From contig CM120640.1 in NCBI GenBank assembly GCA_051362555.1, positions 12,958,001 to 13,022,000 of the forward strand: a stretch of DNA of 64,000 nucleotides. Direction: 5' to 3'. The stretch is from Lingula anatina (Eukaryota > Animalia > Brachiopoda). Below, piece after piece: positions 13,726 to 25,924 of the stretch. Each line of letters opens with the position of its first letter. Positions within the stretch are counted from its first letter, which is position 1. The translations under genes and the position numbers were made by a program. Below the pieces are notes generated by a model. That model searched no databases. It had not been told where the DNA came from and worked only from the letters and a program-made list of their open reading frames with translations.

Positions 13726-14032
13726 CACTTTGAATACAGATGTAAAAACTGACTTTCTGCCGTGCTACATTGATGTTGTTGATGGTTATTCAAGTACAAC
13801 CCCCTATGTAAATGTGCACCAGCAGAATGGTGACTGTGAAGAAGCAATGCATGAGGAAACTAGAGAAGCTTGGAAACTGGCTGAGACTGCCATGCAGTCC
13901 TGTGAGGAGGGCGTGATCCGAGAACTGATGCATCATGGGATAGGAGCAGGAGATGATGACAGTGAGAGTGAGGAGGGACAGATATGGAAAATGGTCCAGG
14001 GCGAGATACCATATACGCTAGATATGGTATAA
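13712..14032 (+). CDS. Alternative-frame C-terminal extension of the MAP7-like last exon (106 aa, ends YTLDMV)
   Basis: Open frame from the 13712 acceptor in phase 0. Reached by a distal donor CAG|gtaaca at 12727, which is phase 0 in the still-open frame of exon 12337. Acidic, protein-like composition. Confidence 0.5.
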   Translation: MSCHNTLNTDVKTDFLPCYIDVVDGYSSTTPYVNVHQQNGDCEEAMHEETREAWKLAETAMQSCEEGVIRELMHHGIGAGDDDSESEEGQIWKMVQGEIPYTLDMV

Positions 14033-16276
14033 ACCCCAGCCACCATGATAGAAGGATTGATGGAGGAGAAAAGCAGATATAATCAAATTGTGCTTTCTAA
14101 AGTAAAAAAAGAGTAGAGTTTTTGTCTGAACAGACCTAACCAAAAGCAGTAAAAAATGATGGAGAATGTATTTGGTGATTGTTATACTGATTACACATAT
14201 GAAGATGTCAGACTTCACCAGTGACTGCTAATTGTTCAATTATGCCTAGGTTACATTTGACATGCAATGTGCATATGGAGCTTGTATCATGCCAGTATAT
14301 TCCTTTCTCTGCAACCTCAGAAAGAAAGTTGTGCATCTTTGATTTTGCCAAGCCGCTGAAAATTATGACAATTTTTAAAATTGTAAATATGTTACCCATA
14401 GCTGTGTCAAAGGTTGCATTGCAAAAGCTCATATAGGACTAACACTGACTGTGAAGCAATGCAAAAACATGGAAGTGGCAAGAATTGTTAAGGAGGTTGA
14501 ATACAAGGCTCATCCTGCAAATAGATTTCTTTTGACCTAACCTCTAGGTCATGTACAAGTTAGGGCACTATGCTTGTATATAATGTAAACATGCTGTAGC
14601 CAGTAAGATGCCAACATAATTGCAAGTAAAATCATATACCATTTTGTTGCATGGCACACAAGGCAAATGTAACCTAGGCCTTAATCAAGATTTTTTTGTT
14701 CTGTTAATCTCGCCTTTTTAGGCTGTGAACCTAGTCAAGATGTTTCAAAACGTGTGAGCTTTTGGTGTAGGTAATGTGTGATATCACAATCTTCTGTGCC
14801 TCAGCTTACGTACTGCAGTGTGTTGGTTGGAGTGGAGCAGTGTGATAGGATTCCAGATGGATTTGTGTGCCAGGGTTTTCATCTAATCAGTCCCAACTCA
14901 GAACTACAAATATAGAGATGTCTTTATATATCTGTTCAGATACAGGTTTAATATATTTTTAAGCTGTTGCATAGAAAAAGTGGCATAGTACAATGATGTA
15001 CTGTATAAAATAGCCACTTGATTGAGGTGTACTAAAGATTAATAAATTGAAATAAGCCACCCAAGGATGGGATTACATTTAGTGAACCTGGCCCAAGCAT
15101 ATTTGGTTTCTTGTTTTGAGCTCATAATCCACGTGTTAAAATGGGGAAAATGAAACATTCCCTTGTGATGCTGATACTATCATAGGATATCTTATTAGAG
15201 ATGCTGGACTATTGTTTTTTTTTTTTGTTTTTTTTTTCTTATATACTACAACTATAATAGCTTGGAGATTTACAGGAATTATTCTTGTTGCCTAAGAAGG
15301 GCAAAGTTTCTATTCAGACAACCTGCCAATATCATCATCTGTACACTTCAACAATACTGAAATGTTCTTTGGCAATTTAAATAGGAATTGCGATACAAAT
15401 AAGAAAAGTACAAACATATTTAAAATGTCAATGCTTATTGGATTGACAAACTTGATTTAGAATGTACTAGTATTTGATTCCATGGCTATAACATGCCAAC
15501 GGTGACTCTGTTTAATTATCTAAAATACATGCCAATATTGATTTCAAGATAGCATCTAAAGATGTACTGGCATGGACAAAATGTTACTAACTACTGCATT
15601 ATAATTAATTTAATTCAAAGAAATCAGGTTACTTCTAACCAGTGCAATATATAAGGTACCACCTGTTGGATTCATAACATTACTTACTGTTATTTATTGT
15701 TATGGACTTCCAGCTAATAAATATTTACTTGTACTTAAATTAGTGTTAGATTGATTCTAATTGTTCATCTTTTTGGTGATGAAAGTATAACTCGACTTTC
15801 CTTAGTGCACATTTAACAGAAAAAAAAAGTTAATCAAAGTGAAAATGATTGTAAAGTGTATAAAGCATTGAATTTGTTTTTAGAAATTTCAAGTTTGGTT
15901 CATACTTGTGTATTTGAGAAGAATTTTGGCAGGAATTTAAGTCAGCAAACTAATCTAACAAAGTAAAAATACTTTTTGCGCTGGATCAGTTATTTTATTT
16001 CGTCCAAAACTGATATACAATACTTTTGAAACAAAAACAAACTATGTAAGGGAAAATAATAACACTGAAATCCCCCAAAGTATTCAGTGCTGCTATCAGT
16101 TCTGCACTGTCTTGAGCAAATACCGTTTTACGCATAATCGGTCTTGTATTAATCCCTTTTTAAGTCTACTTCCACGTAAACTTCAACTTTTTGTCACCTT
16201 TATTAAATTTTGTCAGAAATAATGCAAATGTAAGAATCACGATGGTGAGCTGATTGTTTGAGAATAAGAGGTGAAG

Positions 16277-19200
16277 ATGGCATATGCCAACCAGCTAAAG
16301 AATCTGTTGGCTAAGGTCAGAGAGGACCCACTGGCCGCGGATATGCACTGGAGTTTGTTTATGTCTGCGCTGCAAAGTTATAGACATGACACAGTGCTTA
16401 GACCTTTCCCACCTAAGTTCCAAGAAGAAAACTCTGACGAAAAAGATTATAAGGCGCTTGTGAGTAAACATATCAGTCTGCATGAATAATTAGTACTAGT
16501 ACCAAGTATGCATTTAGGAAGGATGGAAACAGGGAAAAAACAGAGGGGGTGGGGTCCGATGGCAGTGTTTAAAGCATTGTCTTTTAAATCAAACTTCAAA
16601 TTGATTCATTGAGCTTACAGAATAGTGAACCTTTTGGTGTTTAGAATGTTCTGTTTTTAAAAACGCTTGAATTATTTTTAATCTTTAAGTTAAAACTATT
16701 TTGGACCAATTTGAAAGCGAAAAGCAGAAACATTTACACTTAAATTTCTTAGTAATTTCAAGTAAGTAAATAAAGGTACCCTAGCAGCCTAAGGTTTTAT
16801 ATGTAACTATATAGAATGTGATTATGTATTTAATACATAAGCAAAATTGAACTCAAAAATAAATGCTTTCTTAACCATTTAAATTGAACAACATGTTTTG
16901 TTCTCCAAGACCAAACTTGCCAATCAAGTTCCCAACATTGAGGCATTAGCAGCTGAAAGTCAGGTTGATGATGATACTTTGCAACTCCTCAGTTGGGCAG
17001 TGTTGGAAAGAAACTTTCACCTCAAAACCTGTGATAAAACCATGGTAAGTGTTATTGTAAAAATCAGATATATTACTAAAAAAAGTAAAAAATGGATGAA
17101 GTTTTCACTTTGAATTATTATAATCTAGGGAGCAGGAAATACATGTCTTTCCTCTGGAATTTACAAAAATAATTTGTGAGAAAGTTTTCACTGTCACAAT
17201 ACAAATCTCAATCGCAGTTAAAGCAGTTTACGTAACCAACATAGGTTCCAGCTTTTTATTTTTCATTTTAAAGCATCTCTTTCCAGTATCAAACAATACA
17301 AACCAAGGCTGGCCAAATAGTTCCAGTGCCTGCCCCTAACTACATATTTGAAGTAGAGTACAACCAAATGTGCAATGAAAAATTTGAAAAGATTTGCCAA
17401 GGCAGGGATCTAATCTATGCATACCATGGGAGTAGGGTGGAAAACTTTCATTCCATATTAAATCTCGGGCTTCACTCACACATGAATAAGGTAAAAGTAA
17501 TATTGTTCTAGAAGGTAGGATTTTGGTTCCATACTTGTGATAGCAAACTAATCAAAGTGGTCATCTCTTAATGTCCCTGCAACATCACTTCGCTGCATCA
17601 TTAGTCAATTCAACATGCAAATCTTAACTCCCTCTAGCAAAATTAGGATATTACCCACAACATTGCAATATATCCCTGTAGTGTTTCTCCCCCTCCTTGA
17701 TTTTTGAATGATAATTTGAAAAAATTGTCACTTTTGGGTCCTGGGGTTTCCAATATGGTTTTAAAGTTATTTTTGATGTGTCTCATTTTCACTGGTTGTA
17801 AGTAACGGTGCAGGGAAGTAAAAGTTAAGGGATGTAACTGAATCAAACTTGTGTCAAAATGAGATGGTCATAGTGGGAAAGCTTAAAGCTTGCCAAAAAC
17901 CTTGTTTGGACCCATGCCTTCTGTTGGAAGATAGTATCAGCTGTTACTCTGTAAATTGATGCTAAAAATTTTGCTTTCACATTCTGAGTAGTGTCCTTTC
18001 TGGTGGCCTTACCCTCTGTTTTTATGAAATGATATTTACACTTATTTGACAAATTCATCATTCCCTATTCCAGACTTCTCTTTTTGGGGAAGGTACTTAT
18101 CTCTCCAGTGAATTGTCTGTGTCCATAGTCTACAGTCCTGCTGGGCAGCTGTGGGAGAGTAGTATGTTGGGGAGTGGTGCAAGCATTATAGCACTCTGTG
18201 AAATCATTGATGATCCCACTGTCAAATGTCAAGTGAAAGGCAAGATAGAAGAACGAAAATTTTTTTAAAGTTAAACATTTCTTACTAATTTAACTGAATG
18301 TTTAAAGTTAAATTTAGCTGTTTTATGAGGTACTTCACAAGACACAATCTTCTACATGCAAGTATCTGCAAAATGCTTAGATAGGATCATTCTGCTTACT
18401 AATTTTAAATGAAGGTTTAATAAAAGTTAATTATAGCTTTTTCATGCAGTATGTCACAAGACACAATCTTCTACAAACAAGTATGATCAACAAAATGCTT
18501 CATCTGTAGGATCATTCCCAAAACAAAAAGGTCAAAAGTATAAGTGTATTCTTAGTTTCTCTTCTTCACTGAAATGTTAACCACATTTATATGGTATAAA
18601 ATGTTTAGGAGACAAAGAGGAGTCTGGGAAGGCCAGGAGACGTGTCAAGGGCAGCATGGGTGGTGACGTGCCAGAGAAGTACTATGTTGTTCAAAACAAT
18701 GAGATGCTGAGAGTGAAATACTTGTTGGTCTATGTAAACAAACAATTCACCCGAACTGCTACAAGGTAGGCATATTGATTGATGTTTGTAGGGTCACTGT
18801 TCAATGTTGCAAAATGACCACTAGCTATAAATGAGAAACTTTCAAAGATAGAATGCTCTTAGGAAGGCAAAAAGGTATTTTAAATTGAAATTGTTGCATG
18901 AGATGGTGGGAAGCTAGGCTGCTGCAGTTTTTCCATTATTCATTTTATTGTGAAATTCACAATATTTTACTTGGATAGGAAACATTTGTAAGTGGCATTG
19001 ACATTATTCTCTTACACTTCTTAAAATTCCAGAATTGTTTTCTTTTAATTTATATGAGAAGTTTTAAAGTGGAAATGGAATTTTGTTCTGTTACATATAC
19101 CACTGTCACAGTGAAAAAATTCCATGTTCTTGTCTAGATAGTCTTTTGCACCACTGTTCTTAATCATTTCAAATTACGTTTAAATTTTTTTTCAGAAATT

Positions 19201-19334
19201 CCAGAATCTCTCAACCTTCCTGGTTGGCTGAACACAAATTCCTAATGATGGTGTTATGTTATGCCCTGTTACTGGTTGCCATAGGTCTTGCCAACTCTAA
19301 GTCTTTGCAGCAATACATGAGGAGGCTGAGATGA
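16277..19334 (+). CDS. PARP16: PARP16-like tail-anchored mono-ADP-ribosyltransferase (about 327 aa)
   Basis: Exons 16277-16459, 16910-17044, 17287-17490, 18074-18239, 18609-18765, 19196-19334 (984 nt). Motifs SALQSYRHDTVLRPFP, YAYHGSRVENFHSIL, SLFGEGTYLSSEL, PEKYYVVQNNEMLRVKYLLVY (H-Y-Y triad) and a C-terminal hydrophobic segment FLMMVLCYALLLVAIGLA. Confidence 0.93.
18281..18518. repeat. Two-copy diverged tandem duplication (about 115-120 bp unit) in PARP16 intron 4
   Basis: CTTACTAATTTTAA...AAAGTTAA...TCACAAGACACAATCTTCTACA...CAAAATGCTT...TAGGATCATTC occurs twice head-to-tail. Confidence 0.8.
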
Positions 19335-20480
19335 CTACAACCACATGGATCCATGGCACAGTTTTATATGATACAATGATCAGATATCAGAGAAGGAAGC
19401 ACAAAGAATTACTCAAAATTTCATGCTGACTTTCTCATTTCAGTCCCATTAAATGTGTTTGTCCTTACAAGAACTTAATGTTTTGCCTTCTGGGTTACGT
19501 ATTGAAATTCCCACTTCTACTGAGGCAGTCAACTATTTTCATGATCTGTTCTTATGAGTAGACCAAAATGACAATTACTTAAATTAGGTCAACCCAGGTA
19601 AATAAAAATATTATAGAAGAACAAAACTGTGTAGTATATAATATTAAAAATGGAACCATATTGTTGTTAGTTTAGCAGTACACAACAGAATGAGAAAGAT
19701 CACCTACCACATTCCAACTAAAAAACTTACAACAGTTTGATCAGCTTTAAAAAAAAAACAATCCCTCTTAGGACTTGAATGCAGTAAACAAGCAAGATAT
19801 AACAGGAAGCTTTCAAATGAGGGGAATAAATGACTGTAAAAAAAAAGATGGTCTACCACCCTTTTGTTATGTAAGACCAATATTGGATGTTCAATGAGAT
19901 ACGATTATATGCATAGGTCAAGTTACTTAACACCACCAAATAAATGGTGTTTGAGTGCAAAATCCTCCACAATAATTGTATTAAAAATAAATAACTAACA
20001 AATAAGTGTTCAATGTTTATTTGCTTTTGTTATGTCACTGAATAAGTGTGCAAAAGGATCCCTTTTAGAACCTACAAATAATACCTTGGAAGAGAATTTT
20101 ATAAAATTACATAAGTCGCATGACTTGTGTCTATGAAATGAATATAAAAATTGGATGATGAAACTTGGATGCTGCAGCAACCTGAATTCATTATGTAGTA
20201 AGTTTTACTGTTTGTATTATCATTCTTTTTCTGATAAAAGAAATTGATATTGAAAAAAAGAAATATTTTAAAGTCAAATAAAATCAAAAACATCATCTTG
20301 TATTGTTCTAAATTTGACTGAATTTCATGAGGAGAAACTATGGCACTGTACATCAAAATTTCTACTCCACAATACAGTTACACTTTGATGAATTTTTCCT
20401 AGTTTTCTTGAAGTGCAAGTTGTATGTGCAAGAGTATTCTCTTCTGTTTCATATTTTGCACTTTGGTAACAAGGGCATGT

Positions 20481-23400
20481 TTATTCACTAGAATGTCTAA
20501 CATGAAAGTTGACAATGTATTCTGCATTAGTTCTTTGCACACTTATTGCAAATGGCTGACATGGATGGAAGGTGAATGCTACAAGCCTTCTTGCTGCTGG
20601 TGGTGGATTACGACCAAGGACTCCTGCATAAATTTTGAATTTCAACAACCCCGAGTCTCTGGCATAGAATCTGTAAACAGTAAAATAACTCTCAATCAAC
20701 TGACATGTATATCCTTGCATGAAAATGATCCATAAACCTAAACCTTTCCTTTGTAAAAAAAATCCAAACTATTAAGAACATACAACTGTCCTAATCAAGC
20801 TTGTTTCTACAGAAATTATTATGTAATCAATTTAGTTACGTGGATGTAGTACATGCACACACACACAAAAGAAAAAAATCTAGGATTATTCAATAAGTGG
20901 GACCAGCTTTCCAAATTAATCCTATCACTGGATGGAATAACATCCTTAACAGGCAACAACTAGCTTCATTTCTCACAAATCATGTAATCCAACTGTGTAA
21001 TTTAGCCAACTTATGATAATAAATTGGTATGATTAAAACTGATGAGATTTTAGCATATTAGGTTTGATAACTGCAAACCTTTTGCGACATGTCACAATAT
21101 GGTAGATGTATAAAAAAATTCACTAAATAGTTCACAAACTGATCACAGAAATAAACACTATGTAGATCAGCCATAAACAAATGTTCCTTCTATCCCCCCT
21201 CCCCCCCCCCCCCCCCAAATAAAATGATAATAAGAAAACAAAATTACTAGTATAGTTTTAGGGTCCTTATGCACTGAACATCTGGTTTTGAGACTGTCAG
21301 CTTTTCAAATTACAATGGATATTTAAATAGAATTTTCTTGGAATTATTCCCTATTCAAGATAACCTAAAAAGGCTTATAAATCAACAAGAACTTAATCAG
21401 TTTATAAAATGACTTAAATGAATCATCCTGAATGTACCTTATAGGATAGTCTCCACATCCCTTGGGTCTTTCCATGACAGAGACCCACTTATCATCATAA
21501 CTGAAGAGAGCCAGGTCCAGGTAGGGACTGCTGCTGTAAGACTGGGCACTAATGGGGAGTTGAGCAAGGAGGCGTTTGATGGCCTCTGAAAGAGAAAGAT
21601 GTTCTTTGTTGACTGATGAAAATGTCATATCCAAATATAAAATTTGTACCTAATTTTGAAACTTGTCTCATATTTTATAAGAAACAACCTACCTTTTTTC
21701 AAAAATAATTTTATCCATCTCGAGAATAAAATTTAAAAAAAACTCAGAATTGAAATTTGGGCATTTTCAAAGTTATCATTCTGTGCAAAATGTAAGTATA
21801 ATTTAAAAAGGGACAATAACTCTTTGTATGAGATATTTCACAATAATAACATTGTAAACAACTCATAGAAATATAATATATTCTGTTTTACCACAAAAAC
21901 GGCAGTTATAGCTATTATTCTGATATCTGAGCTTGTCATCGGACCACGTTACTTCCATAGATGGCTATACTCTGTTATAATCTCTTAAGAGATTATTACA
22001 AAAAAATAAACTTTTTAGAAAAAAAAACAGGGACTAACTTTGAATGTACAAATGAATTCGTTATCAATTGGTAAATATGGGAAAATTGTTGTTTACTCCA
22101 GGAAAATTAATTTTTTGGCCAAAATGAACAGTATTTATCCCTTTAAATATTTCTTCACCTGTGTGTCCTCCAAATTTGGCATTTATGATTGTCTGCTTAA
22201 ATCTCTGCTGAATTTGCCTGGCATGAATGTTACTGCTGGCAGAGCATGTGAACTGAGCCTCGCAGTGCAATGTAGCATTGCGAAACATATCGCAAAAGTT
22301 TTCAAATAACTCCAACAGATCTTCTGACGTGTTTTCAAATACTGCCAGCACCTCTGTGCTCACCATGTTGTACACAACAAAGAAAGAAGGTTGAGAATTT
22401 GGATCAGAAATTCTGAGTGTCACAACCTCCTCACTGGCATATTTAATGAGTAAGTGATTTTCATCTAATAATTGCATTTTCCACATTCTGAGCATCTTGA
22501 ACTGGTCAAAATACTGGTAGAACTTTCTGAGAGACAATGCTGTACCTTCTTGTTCTGCCCTGCAATAGAGATACACCAGAAGTCTATGTTTCAAAGAGTT
22601 CAGTGTAACCTCACTAAAAGGTCTTTGTTGGTTACGCTGTTGAGCAGCTGACTGAGGATGGCGATGAGTCTGGGGGGTCAAAGCCGCTGACAGAACAAGT
22701 TCATCATCTTCATAACAGAACCTTCCTATAGATCTCACATCTACAAAACTGCCACTGGATGTTACTTGAAATATATGAATTGTTTGTTGCTGCACAGACA
22801 AAACTGCTAAGGTGTCCCTGTATAGGTAAAGACCCTGATTGTGGGAGAGAAATATCTTGTCACATTTAAAATGTCTGCTGTCACTCAACCTCCCTGACAC
22901 CATGTCTACAAGATGCAAGGAGTAATCTTCCAGTGGTGACCTGGGGTTTGGTGACACTGATTCGTTATTTCTGTAAATGTCAAAGAAATATGGATGTGGC
23001 TCCTCAGGGATGTATGCAGCAGATCCCACAACCACATACTGGCCATCATCTGTGAATAAGCTGCACTCTCGGTTTAAATGTTCCCCGTTTGAGGCTACAC
23101 TCACTACATTCTTGAGGCGAAAGAATTTTTCAAATAAACTGCTGCGAATATTAAGAGAATCTCTGTCTGTGCCACTTCCAGTGAAATCTCCTTTAATGTT
23201 CTGAAGCAAAGTTTCAGCAGCTGCTGGGCCTTGAAACTCATAGATTTCTAGTGATGTTTGATCTGAGGAAAAAGCAATAAAGTAGCGCCCATCTGGAGAA
23301 AATTTTCTCAAAAAACAAGGAGGTTTTTCTACATTCACCACTGTGAAATTTGGAAACACATTAGTATGAAATAATCTAGCAACATGAAACTGTGACCCTG

Positions 23401-23581
23401 GGCGACAGTTGTGAGTTTCTCTGTGATACAGCCTATACACAATATTTTGGTTAGGAATTCTCCGGGCTACTATCCTCTCATTGTTGTATACTGAAAATGT
23501 TCCACTATATTGATTTCTGAATGTGTCACCACTTGGAGAAAAATGTGTGCCACTGCAACCTTCCTTTTCTTTCTTTTCCAT
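20481..23581 (-). CDS. DET1: De-etiolated 1 homolog (CUL4-DDB1-COP1 adaptor), about 586 aa
   Basis: Coding exons 23581-22159, 21585-21438, 20670-20481 (1761 nt, phases consistent). DET1 motifs [74 protein letters not shown]. Probable first exon ends at donor 24261 and splices to 23592. Confidence 0.96.
21803..22146. mobile_element. TTAA-type MITE copy 1 (Kolobok/piggyBac-like termini), in a DET1 intron
   Basis: Left end TTAAAAAGGGACAATAACT, right end AACAGTATTTATCCCTTTAA; internal CCATAGATGGCTA...CAGGGACTAACTTTGAATGT...ATGGGAAAATTGTTGTTTA shared with the copies at about 25613 and 50153. Confidence 0.75.
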
Positions 23582-24260
23582 TGTCAACTTCCCTGAAAAA
23601 AATAAAGACTAGCTTGAATCAAACTGTTTTCTTCACAATATTATCTCTCTCCCATAAAGGGATTCATGGGTTCTTGTAGGGAGAAAGCACACCAAGTAAC
23701 CCCACCCCAAGTCTCCAGACAATTTTTTAATAAAAATAAATAATTAGCCTATGTGCTTCTGCATTGTGTATTGTGGACCCTTCACCCAAATCACATTTTA
23801 TCATTATTATTATTATTATTTAATGAATGAATGAATTAATTTATGTTATTTTTGTTTTATTTATTTATTTATTATTATTATTATTATTATTTTTTTTTTT
23901 TGGAGGGGTTCTTTTTCGTTGCAGGCAGAAAACATAGTTTGGCCTTTTGAATTAAATGTCTAAATTGGAGGAAAGTTGAGTGACCTTGCAGTATGTGTAT
24001 CAAGGAAAAACACAGCTTTGGGTCAGTCTCAAACGTGGATAATATATATTTTAGGCATTTTATGTGTGAATCTAACTAATCCGAGCCCCCTCCCCTATCC
24101 CCCATCTCACAGTCACAGACCTTCGCTGAATAATTTTTAATTAAAATTTTTTTAACCTAAACTTCTCAACTCGATCACTTAAAATATTGTTTTTGAAAAT
24201 TACCTTTTTAAACCAATTTACTTTTATGTGAATGAAATACATTCTCTTAAAAACACTTAC

Positions 24261-24580
24261 TAGAACTTTAATCCATTTCGCACATTTGCGCCATTTTCAG
24301 ACTTCTTTTTCAAAAGAGTGTAAGGCCGGTTACCGTGTTCTTTAAAATCGCATGTTCTTTTAAATTAAAAAGTGTTTAACTTAGAAGTTACAGACAATTT
24401 TATCAATAAATGAATATCAAGTTTATGTTTTTATACTTTCCATGTTTCATAAAATTTGTGATAAAAGATGTGTTGAATAAACGATTTTCAAATATCCTTT
24501 TTATTTCTTAGAGAGGTATATGGTAAGTTCCCACGCGGCGGCCATTTTGCGATATTCCGCAAGAACAAGCATTGTCTCAG
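24261..24580. promoter_or_regulatory. Probable bidirectional promoter with first exons of DET1 (-) and hnRNP K (+)
   Basis: Local CpG enrichment; divergent strong donors (minus CTA|GTAAGT at 24261, plus CAG|GTAAAG at 24580); YY1-type GCCATTTT motifs at 24290 and 24541. Confidence 0.6.
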
Positions 24581-25612
24581 GTAAAGTCTACACTATTTTT
24601 CCTCCAAAATACCAATAACACGCAGAAAAGAAACCATTAGACATTCTCGGTATACAATATGTATATTTTTGAAGCATTTAGGGATATTTTGATATCCTAA
24701 ATTTATTTTGATTTTTATTATATTTCTTTCAACCCCTTTCAAATTTGCAGTTCTTTTGTATTCCTTGGCTAAGGGGAAGGAGGTAGTCTCAGAAATTTAG
24801 TGTATCACTAAAAAATGGAGACCATTTTTATGTTCTATTTTGAATTTTTTGAACTGATGAAGCAGTTCATTTCTATCTAATTATGGTAAGAATTGTATGT
24901 TTTTCAATATACATGCCCCCCACCACTGGGCCCTTTTAAGCCTTTACAATCAATCAAGACATTTTCTTGTATTCCAAAGCCTTCCACTGCTATATATATT
25001 AGTAATTTGTAGTAATTTGGGTTTCATTTAATTTGTTTTATACCTTTAAGAAGAAATCTGCAGATAATTCATAGAAAAATAGTTTACATATAGAACAATA
25101 TATCATTGAATTGAATTCAAATCCATGTCGTTGTTTTTCCTTTTTAAGGTAATAAACTTCATTGAAAACTGGATTCATATTTCATTTTTACTGTTTAAAC
25201 TGGAAATCATAGAAATTTATGGTTATTGGCTACTAGTAAAAATTTGTTCTCATTTGTATACAAAAATTCTATTAGAAATAAATGATAAAGTCTTCAGTTT
25301 AATGATCACTTGATAGTTATTTTAAATTTAACAATATTGGTATCTGAATATACTTTGTTTATGTGCATATGTACGTGCAAGCTAAGTTATGCAACCAAGG
25401 CAAAAACATTTGGAAACAAGCCATGAAAGTTAAGATTCTTACACGCGTAATACTTGTGTAATACTGATATCATCTCACCTAAGCAATTAATATCACCAAA
25501 AAGTCATTCATCTTAACACGTTTTTCTTTTGTGTGTATTTAGAACAAGTCCATTGGTCTTATTTTAATAAAATACTACTGACTCATATCAAAGTTGAAAA
25601 ACATTTTCTGCC

Positions 25613-25924
25613 TTAAGATTGAGTTAAACTGCAGTTTTTATCATGAAACCAGCATCTTGTCCCTGTTTCACAAAATGGTGATAAAGTAATCACAGTTATT
25701 CTGGAATCCATGCTTGCCATCAGACCAAGTGACCTCCATAGATGGCTACCCTCTGTAACAATCTCATAACTTAAGTAAAAAAAAAAAACAACAGGGACTA
25801 GCTTTGAATGTTGGAACAGATTCATGAACCATTGGTTAGTATGGGAAAATTGTTGTTTAACCTGGGAAAATCCCTTTTTTTTTTTTTTTTTTTTTTCTAA
25901 AATGAACAGTTTTTATCCCTTTAA
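25613..25924. mobile_element. TTAA-type MITE copy 2 (left end uncertain), in hnRNP K intron 1
   Basis: CCATAGATGGCTA...CAGGGACTAGCTTTGAATGTTGGAA...ATGGGAAAATTGTTGTTTAA...AATGAACAGTTTTTATCCCTTTAA is colinear with copy 1. Confidence 0.7.

Noticed and set aside
22064-22158. C-terminal tail of the 507-aa DET1 ORF in the track ([11 protein letters not shown]...)
   Set aside because: Read-through past the donor at 22159 into an intronic MITE; the real CDS continues at 21585.
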